DNA from: Bacteroidia bacterium | GTDB lineage: Bacteria; Bacteroidota; Bacteroidia; SpSt-205 | DNA: 64,000 nucleotides | Assembly (NCBI GenBank): GCA_025062295.1 | Contig: JANXAJ010000003.1 | Coordinates: 16,099 to 80,098 of the forward strand | Direction: 5' to 3' | Shown: positions 58,464 through 64,000 of the stretch, piece after piece | Layout: every line of letters begins with the position of its first letter | How positions within the stretch are numbered: the stretch's first letter is position 1 | Translations under genes and position numbers: made by a program | The notes under the pieces: generated by a model | What the model saw: only the letters and a program-made list of their open reading frames with translations | Told to the model about the DNA's origin: nothing | Database searches by the model: none

Positions 58464-59208
58464 CCAACATTTTCTTCGGACAGAGGGATACGCAAGGCGC
58501 ATTGCTGCAGCTGTTTCCCCTCTCTCAGATGAGACTATTTTAGAAGTAGGACCAGGCACCGGAGCTTTGACAAGGTACCTTCTACAAAAAGGGCACCCAT
58601 ACATTGGCATAGAAATAGACAAGAGCTGTATAAACCAGCTTGCCCTTCTGGAGGGGCCTGCCCCTATCCGCTGGATTTGTCAAGACTTTCTACGGGTAGA
58701 GCTTCCCCAACAGCCTTTGTACTTTGTAAGCAATTTACCCTATAGCATTACAGGACCCACCCTTTTTCGGATATTAGAGCATCGTTTCTGGATTCGGGAG
58801 GGGGTAATAATGCTGCAAGCAGAAGTAGCTCAGCGATTGTACGCCTCTCCAAATAGCTCAGCTTATGGACGAGTCAGTGTGCTTTTTCAGAGCGTCTATG
58901 AAACTCGGCGTCTTTTTCAGGTGCCTAAGGGAGCTTTTTCACCTCCGCCTCGCGTTGAGAGTGAGGTAGTTAAATTCACAAGAAAGGCAAAGATTCCATT
59001 AGAGGCATGGGAGAGCTTTGCCGAGGTGGTAAGGCAGGCATTTCGTCAGCCGCGTCAGACTTTAGCTCGCAATCTTCGTTCGGCTTGCCTCCCCTGCCCT
59101 GCTCACCAAGCCACCCGCCGCCCCCATCAGCTGAGCGTAGAAGAGTATATTGCCCTTTGGCAAATCGCTATTCAGAAGGGAGAAATACCCACTTCCAAGA
59201 CTGCTTAG
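58450..59208 (+). CDS. rsmA: 16S rRNA (adenine1518/1519-N6)-dimethyltransferase
   Basis: FDQHFL and SAM-binding LEVGPGTGALT motifs. Confidence 0.85.
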   Translation: MPRFDQHFLRTEGYARRIAAAVSPLSDETILEVGPGTGALTRYLLQKGHPYIGIEIDKSCINQLALLEGPAPIRWICQDFLRVELPQQPLYFVSNLPYSITGPTLFRILEHRFWIREGVIMLQAEVAQRLYASPNSSAYGRVSVLFQSVYETRRLFQVPKGAFSPPPRVESEVVKFTRKAKIPLEAWESFAEVVRQAFRQPRQTLARNLRSACLPCPAHQATRRPHQLSVEEYIALWQIAIQKGEIPTSKTA

Positions 59209-59211
59209 ACC

Positions 59212-59628
59212 TTGCTTTCGGCAAAAAGCCATGTGTATGAGCGATACTTCTCTGAGGAGCAGCTGCCTCAAGTCGTGAGTGAGCTGCAGCAGTGGGCTCC
59301 AAACATTTCTCGTTGGCTTCTGTATGGACCAATGGGAGTGGGGAAAACCGCTCTGGTTCGAGCATGGATTGGAGAGCAGGTAGCTAGCCCCACCTTCACC
59401 TACATCAATCACTATTCTCATGCTGTACATGTAGATTTATACCGATTTCCCGCTGGGTCCCCTTCCCGATGGGCAGATGTATATACTCTCTTGGAAGAAG
59501 CACCCCTAATCTTTGTTGAATGGGCAGAAAAATTACCTGAACCACCACCCCTGCCTTGGGCAGAGGTGCATCTATCTTTTACTCCTACTGGCCATAGGTA
59601 TTTACGAGCTCTCATCCGGGACAACTAA
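59212..59628 (+). CDS. tsaE: tRNA t6A biosynthesis ATPase TsaE
   Basis: P-loop LYGPMGVGKT and TsaE length. Confidence 0.75.
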   Translation: MLSAKSHVYERYFSEEQLPQVVSELQQWAPNISRWLLYGPMGVGKTALVRAWIGEQVASPTFTYINHYSHAVHVDLYRFPAGSPSRWADVYTLLEEAPLIFVEWAEKLPEPPPLPWAEVHLSFTPTGHRYLRALIRDN

Positions 59629-60459
59629 GGGTATATTATCTATGAGTCTTACGCCCTCTACATAAGCTGCGATGAGGGCGCGCAGCTTGAGGGATTGGCG
59701 CAGATGCTCAATAGGCTGAAGAGAATACTCATCCACAATAGCCAAATATTCCAGCTTAATCTCAGGATAGTTTTCGCTCAAGTAGGCGCGCCCTTCTGCG
59801 AGAAGGTCTTGGGCAAGGGGGCATGTGGGTACAAGCGTTTGGATATACTGCAATGTCTTGTAAAGTGCTACCGCTTGAGCGCGTCCTCGAGGAGAGAGGT
59901 AAGTATTCCGAGAGCTCATCGCTAATCCATCCGGCTCCCGAACTGTAGGCACCCGCACCACTTCAATCGGGAAAAAAAGCTCCTCTACCATCTTTTCCAC
60001 GATTCGGAGCTGTTGAAAATCTTTTTCTCCGAAATAGGCGCGGGTAGGAGCTGTCAGGTGAAAAAGCTTTGTAAGTACCAGCACCACCCCATCAAAGTGC
60101 CCCAGCCGATAGCCTCCGCACCAGAGACGACTCAGTCGGGTGAGAGTAATATATACCTCATCCTCCAAGCTATACATCTCCTCCTCAGAAGGCACAAAAA
60201 CAGCCGATACCCCTAAGTTCCTAAGAAGGCGAAGGTCGGTCTCCAAAGTGCGAGGATAGCGATGGTAATCTTCATTTGGGCCAAATTGCCGAGGATTGAC
60301 GAAAATGCTTACGATCGTCCAAGGATTATCAGCAAGGCTTTGACGCACAAGGGATAGATGTCCTTCATGAAGGGCACCCATGGTAGGAACAAAGCCGACG
60401 GCTCCATGAACCTTGGCTCGCCAGCTTCTAAGCGCTGCCCGTGTCTCCAGCACTTCCAT
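59602..60459 (-). CDS. panC: Pantoate--beta-alanine ligase
   Basis: FVPTMGALHEGHLSL HIGH-type motif, PanC throughout. Start set at ATG 60459 (MEVLETR...). Confidence 0.85.
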   Translation of the reverse strand: MEVLETRAALRSWRAKVHGAVGFVPTMGALHEGHLSLVRQSLADNPWTIVSIFVNPRQFGPNEDYHRYPRTLETDLRLLRNLGVSAVFVPSEEEMYSLEDEVYITLTRLSRLWCGGYRLGHFDGVVLVLTKLFHLTAPTRAYFGEKDFQQLRIVEKMVEELFFPIEVVRVPTVREPDGLAMSSRNTYLSPRGRAQAVALYKTLQYIQTLVPTCPLAQDLLAEGRAYLSENYPEIKLEYLAIVDEYSLQPIEHLRQSLKLRALIAAYVEGVRLIDNIPLVVPDESS

Positions 60460-61708
60460 AGTATAGTCGATTAAGATAAGCAGCAATCACGAGGTCTCCA
60501 TACACATTTACCGTAGTCCGCATCATATCCAATAGACGATCTATCCCATAAATGAGCGCAATAGCAGCTGAGGGCACCCCGAAAGTTGGTAATACCCCTG
60601 CTAAAAGAGGCAAAGAACCACCGGGAACGCCTGCCGCTCCAATAGCTATGAGAATCGCCAAGGCTATAACGAGCGCCTGTTCAGGAAGGCTAAGAGGCAC
60701 TCCAAACACCTGCATCAGAAAAAGTAAAGTAACCCCTTCATACAAGGCTGTTCCATTTTGATTGACGGTGGCCCCTAATGTCAAAATAAATTGAGCTACA
60801 GGTGAGGCGATCCCTAAGCGTTCCACCGCTACCTTCAGGGAGGTGGGAAGCGTGGCATTGCTACTGGCGGAAGAAAACGCCATCAAGAGAGCCGGAGCAC
60901 TGCCGCGCAGCGTTTTGAGCGGAGAGACTTGAGCCCCTACCCTCAGAAAAATGCTATAGACCCCTAGCCCATGGATCAGAAGACCTACAGCCACAGTCCC
61001 TGCATATGCCCCCAAAATCAGAAAAAACTCCCATCCCAGACTCAAGACAGCCTGAAAAATGAGAGCTGCTATCCCAAACGGTGCTATCCATCGCATAATC
61101 AGAAAGAGAAGCCATGCACTGGCTCGGTAAAGAAGCTCTAAAAGGTGATATAAAGGCTGGGTCTGCTCAGCTGGAAGTTTAGCAAGTGCTATGCCCATCA
61201 GGATTGTAAAGCTTACCACTGCTAACAGCCCTCCTTGCTGACCAGAAGTAAAAGCCATAGCCATCTCATGGAGAGGATTTTTGGGAAGGAGAGTCAGAAA
61301 AAATTCAGGTGTAAGGGCTTTAGGCTGAAGAGAGCTGCTACCGAAGCGCTCAAATAGAAGCGTTCGGGCTTGGGGAGAGAGAAGAGCCCCTGGAAGCATC
61401 AGATTTGCTAATACCAATCCAATCAATGCTGCTATAGCTGTCAGCGTCAGCACCGTCCATAGTGTATGAAATCCGATCCGCCCCATTACCCCTGTTTCAG
61501 TGAGTCGCTGAATCCCTAAAAGAAGCATTGGTAGAGTCAGAGGAAGGATCAACATGAATATGCCACGCAAGAAGACCTCACCAATCAAGTGAGCACCAGA
61601 GAGAAGCGGCTTCACAGGAAAGTTGAAGATTTGAAACACAAGAGCCAGACCCAGCCCGATAGAAAAGCCTAAGAGGAGGCGAAAGGAGAGGATTTTATCG
61701 GCGCTCAC
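60428..61708 (-). CDS. Dicarboxylate/amino acid:cation symporter (DAACS, GltP-like)
   Basis: SSASSNATLP and NVNQNGTALYE-like reentrant-loop motifs. Confidence 0.8.
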   Translation of the reverse strand: MSADKILSFRLLLGFSIGLGLALVFQIFNFPVKPLLSGAHLIGEVFLRGIFMLILPLTLPMLLLGIQRLTETGVMGRIGFHTLWTVLTLTAIAALIGLVLANLMLPGALLSPQARTLLFERFGSSSLQPKALTPEFFLTLLPKNPLHEMAMAFTSGQQGGLLAVVSFTILMGIALAKLPAEQTQPLYHLLELLYRASAWLLFLIMRWIAPFGIAALIFQAVLSLGWEFFLILGAYAGTVAVGLLIHGLGVYSIFLRVGAQVSPLKTLRGSAPALLMAFSSASSNATLPTSLKVAVERLGIASPVAQFILTLGATVNQNGTALYEGVTLLFLMQVFGVPLSLPEQALVIALAILIAIGAAGVPGGSLPLLAGVLPTFGVPSAAIALIYGIDRLLDMMRTTVNVYGDLVIAAYLNRLYYGSAGDTGSA

Positions 61709-62081
61709 GCCAGCGTGGGGGGCGTTGAGGAAGGAGATGAGCTAAAGTTTGACCCACCGCGATACCCAGGCTCCCTAATATAAATCCGACTAGAGCAGTC
61801 AGCCCCCAGAGCCCTGCCCGACTCATCCCGAAAAGCATTCCTACTCGACTTGCCAAAACACCCTCATTAGGAAGATCATAAAAGAGGGCCGCAGCTAACC
61901 ACACTCCTGCCATCACTAAACCTCCAGCGAGTGCATAGCGCCACCCGCCCCGAAAGAAATAGCCCACTATTATCAAGACATATAGACTGCCGCTCCAGTG
62001 AGGAAGCCATATTGTAGCGAGCGTTCCTAACACCGCAACCGACCCCAGAAAAAGGAGAAAATCTTTACTTTGCACTTCCAT
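61695..62081 (-). CDS. Small hypothetical membrane protein
   Basis: 128 aa with 3-4 hydrophobic helices. Overlaps the transporter start by 14 nt. Confidence 0.35.
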   Translation of the reverse strand: MEVQSKDFLLFLGSVAVLGTLATIWLPHWSGSLYVLIIVGYFFRGGWRYALAGGLVMAGVWLAAALFYDLPNEGVLASRVGMLFGMSRAGLWGLTALVGFILGSLGIAVGQTLAHLLPQRPPRWRERR

Positions 62082-62120
62082 GGCAGGAGTGCCAGTAAAG
62101 GTAGGGTATTCTGTGCAACT

Positions 62121-63200
62121 ATGGAGCCCGTAAGGCTGACCCGAATACGTCGTCTATCTGAGCAGAGCAGTGCCTCCCTTGCGTTGACTGCCTACCTGCC
62201 CCTACCCCCTGAAAGTGCCACCCTTAGTCCCGAAACCCTTCAAAAATTGCGAGAAAAAGCTGAAAAAGCCATCCTCAAACACCCAGACCGTAAAGAAGCG
62301 GAGAGCTTTCGCACGAACTTGGACTATGCTCTCGGACAGATTACCGAAGCTTCGCCCCCTGGAACTTGGATTCTTGCTGCCACCCCCACTCTTGCTGAAG
62401 CTCTCTTCCTCCCTTTTGTCTGGAAGGAAGAGATTTTCATCGGCAAGTCTCTTAAGGTAGAGCCGGCGCTCTATGCTCTCTATCGCACTACCACTGTCTT
62501 CGTAGCCCTTGCATCTGAACATACAACTCGGTGGTTTGAGGGTATTGGCGACCGTTTATTTCCTATATCTCTCCCCCCCAGCGTCAAGGAAGCCCTCTCT
62601 CAGCTTCAAAAAGCCCGACAGCAGGTTCAAAATGCACCCGCTGATACCTCCCCTTATAGCGAACTTTTCACTCAGATGGCGCGCTCCGCTTATCATATGG
62701 CGCTAGTCAAGTATACAGAGATCCTGCGCTCCATAGTCCTTTTCTACCTTCATGAGGAGAATGTTCCAGTGATTCTCATGGGAGATGAATGGCTCCTGGA
62801 GGGGATCAGCAAGGATATGGAAGGAGAAAGAGCACTAACGCTTATCAGCGGAATCCCCGAAACTTCCTCCGTAGAAATCCTTCAAAGTCACGTTCAGCAG
62901 CACCTTCTTCATCAGCGTCAGGTTTTAGAGCAGATGTACTACCCCTTTTTAGCGTATTCTGAGGCACAGTCTCCTCAGGAAATTTGGACTTTGCTTCAAG
63001 ATTCGCTCCCTACTTCACCAGTGCTCTTCGTAGAAGAGGGATATTCTTTCTCAGCAAGTGAGCTCCTTGGGAAAAAGAAGGGCCTGCCCTCAGAAGATGG
63101 GGTAGACCTCCTTGTAGCACTTGTCCGAGAGAAAGGAGGGACAGTTCTCTTCCTTCCTTCTGGACGCCTGCCCCAACCCCTTATGCTACTGCTCCCATGA
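62121..63200 (+). CDS. Hypothetical 360-aa cytoplasmic protein of unknown function
   Basis: Intact ORF from ATG 62121. Stop overlaps the tpiA start (ATGA). Confidence 0.4.
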   Translation: MEPVRLTRIRRLSEQSSASLALTAYLPLPPESATLSPETLQKLREKAEKAILKHPDRKEAESFRTNLDYALGQITEASPPGTWILAATPTLAEALFLPFVWKEEIFIGKSLKVEPALYALYRTTTVFVALASEHTTRWFEGIGDRLFPISLPPSVKEALSQLQKARQQVQNAPADTSPYSELFTQMARSAYHMALVKYTEILRSIVLFYLHEENVPVILMGDEWLLEGISKDMEGERALTLISGIPETSSVEILQSHVQQHLLHQRQVLEQMYYPFLAYSEAQSPQEIWTLLQDSLPTSPVLFVEEGYSFSASELLGKKKGLPSEDGVDLLVALVREKGGTVLFLPSGRLPQPLMLLLP

Positions 63201-64000
63201 GAAGACTCTTAGCCGCAAACTGGAAAATGCATCTGTACCCCGAAGAAGCCATCTCGCTCCTTCAGGAAATTCGTTCCCTCTGGGAGAGAAATGGCTGGCA
63301 AACCCTTCCTACTGTTATTTTTCCACCTATTCTCTATCTACGGGAAGCAGTTTCCCTTCTCAGAGGGATGACCTTAGCTGTGGGTGCACAGAACGGCTAT
63401 CCAGGAGAATTTGGAGCTTTTACAGGCGAGGTCTCTATGGCTCAGATAGCCGCATGTGGAGCCAAATGGGTTTTAGTAGGACATTCTGAGCGGCGATATT
63501 ACTTTGGCGAGTCTCATGAACTGCTTCAGCAAAAGCTCAAAGATGCTCAACGGCGCGGATTATCAGTAATTTATTGTGTAGGTGAGACCTTATCTCAGCG
63601 AGAGGCAGGACAGACTTTTGATGTACTCTCTCAGCAGATAGAGGAAGTTCTTCAAGGTGAAATTCTATGGGAGAAGTTGGCTATCGCTTATGAGCCCGTC
63701 TGGGCTATTGGCACAGGCGTGCATGCCACTCCTGCTCAAGCTCAGGAAGCCCATGCCTTTATCCGCTCCCTCCTCCAAGCAAAAGGGGCTCCTGCTGCTT
63801 CTATGCCTATTCTTTATGGGGGCAGCCTCAAGCCAGAGAATGCATCAGAAATTTTCTCTCAGGCGGATGTAGACGGAGGGCTCGTAGGTGGCGCCAGTCT
63901 AAAGTCTGAAAGTTTCGCTGCTATTGCTGCCTGCCTCATCGCAGGAAAGGATCATACACAACTTGCAGGTAGTAGAGACCCCCAATCCGAGGCCCCCCTG
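63197..64000 (+). CDS. tpiA: Triosephosphate isomerase (3' end beyond window; missed by the ORF track because no stop is reached)
   Basis: Manual translation from ATG 63197 gives MRRLLAANWKMH..., VGHSERR, AYEPVWAIGTG and YGGSLK motifs. Confidence 0.85.
   Translation, partial: MRRLLAANWKMHLYPEEAISLLQEIRSLWERNGWQTLPTVIFPPILYLREAVSLLRGMTLAVGAQNGYPGEFGAFTGEVSMAQIAACGAKWVLVGHSERRYYFGESHELLQQKLKDAQRRGLSVIYCVGETLSQREAGQTFDVLSQQIEEVLQGEILWEKLAIAYEPVWAIGTGVHATPAQAQEAHAFIRSLLQAKGAPAASMPILYGGSLKPENASEIFSQADVDGGLVGGASLKSESFAAIAACLIAGKDHTQLAGSRDPQSEAPL

Noticed and set aside
56000-58500. DnaA-box cluster or oriC immediately flanking dnaA
   Set aside because: I could not find a convincing cluster of TTATCCACA/TGTGGATAA 9-mers by eye, and both flanks of dnaA are coding with overlaps. 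It is left as a check rather than a call.
1-64000. CRISPR arrays, transposases, integrases, phage structural genes, toxin-antitoxin pairs
   Set aside because: No direct-repeat/spacer periodicity was seen, and no ORF carries DDE/HUH transposase, tyrosine/serine recombinase or TA-family motifs. The window looks like core chromosome.

Overview
The window appears to be a Bacteroidetes-type chromosomal segment with roughly 50% GC. The assignment rests on a TAnnTTTG-type promoter upstream of a tRNA pair, a T9SS C-terminal sorting tail on a secreted M1 peptidase, the conserved ftsX-DUF3098-uppP-truB-ribF synteny and OmpA/PD40/TPR envelope proteins. It is densely packed with housekeeping genes. These include lptF/G, an LPS heptosyltransferase, asnS, ftsX, uppP, truB, ribF, recA, uvrC, alaS, kbl, ald, ssb, lpd, kynU, gmhB, truA, rpoN, dnaA, rsmA, tsaE, panC and tpiA, which is open at the 3' end. 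Two tRNAs (Val-TAC, Thr-CGT) and an RNase P RNA are present; the RNase P RNA is absent from the ORF track. I found no transposases, integrases, CRISPR arrays or obvious prophage remnants. The standout feature is a 1509-aa minus-strand gene (2324-6853). It reads as a duplicated N-terminal alpha/beta module, then a STAND-type P-loop NTPase, one transmembrane helix, a long repetitive coiled coil, a WD40 propeller and a C-terminal LysM. That is a membrane-spanning STAND architecture with an apparently extracytoplasmic sensor half. Other points of interest are a six-gene minus-strand cluster linking a cryptochrome-DASH to a PSCyt1-like mono-heme lipoprotein, a beta-barrel candidate and a YceI protein. 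There is also a hepta-heme cytochrome c-TPR fusion starting 2 nt after tRNA-Thr. A fused Gfo/Idh/MocA oxidoreductase-hexapeptide acetyltransferase is translationally coupled to a large unknown protein. A solitary NuoC-like gene is wedged between dnaA and rsmA, and several gene pairs have unusual overlaps.
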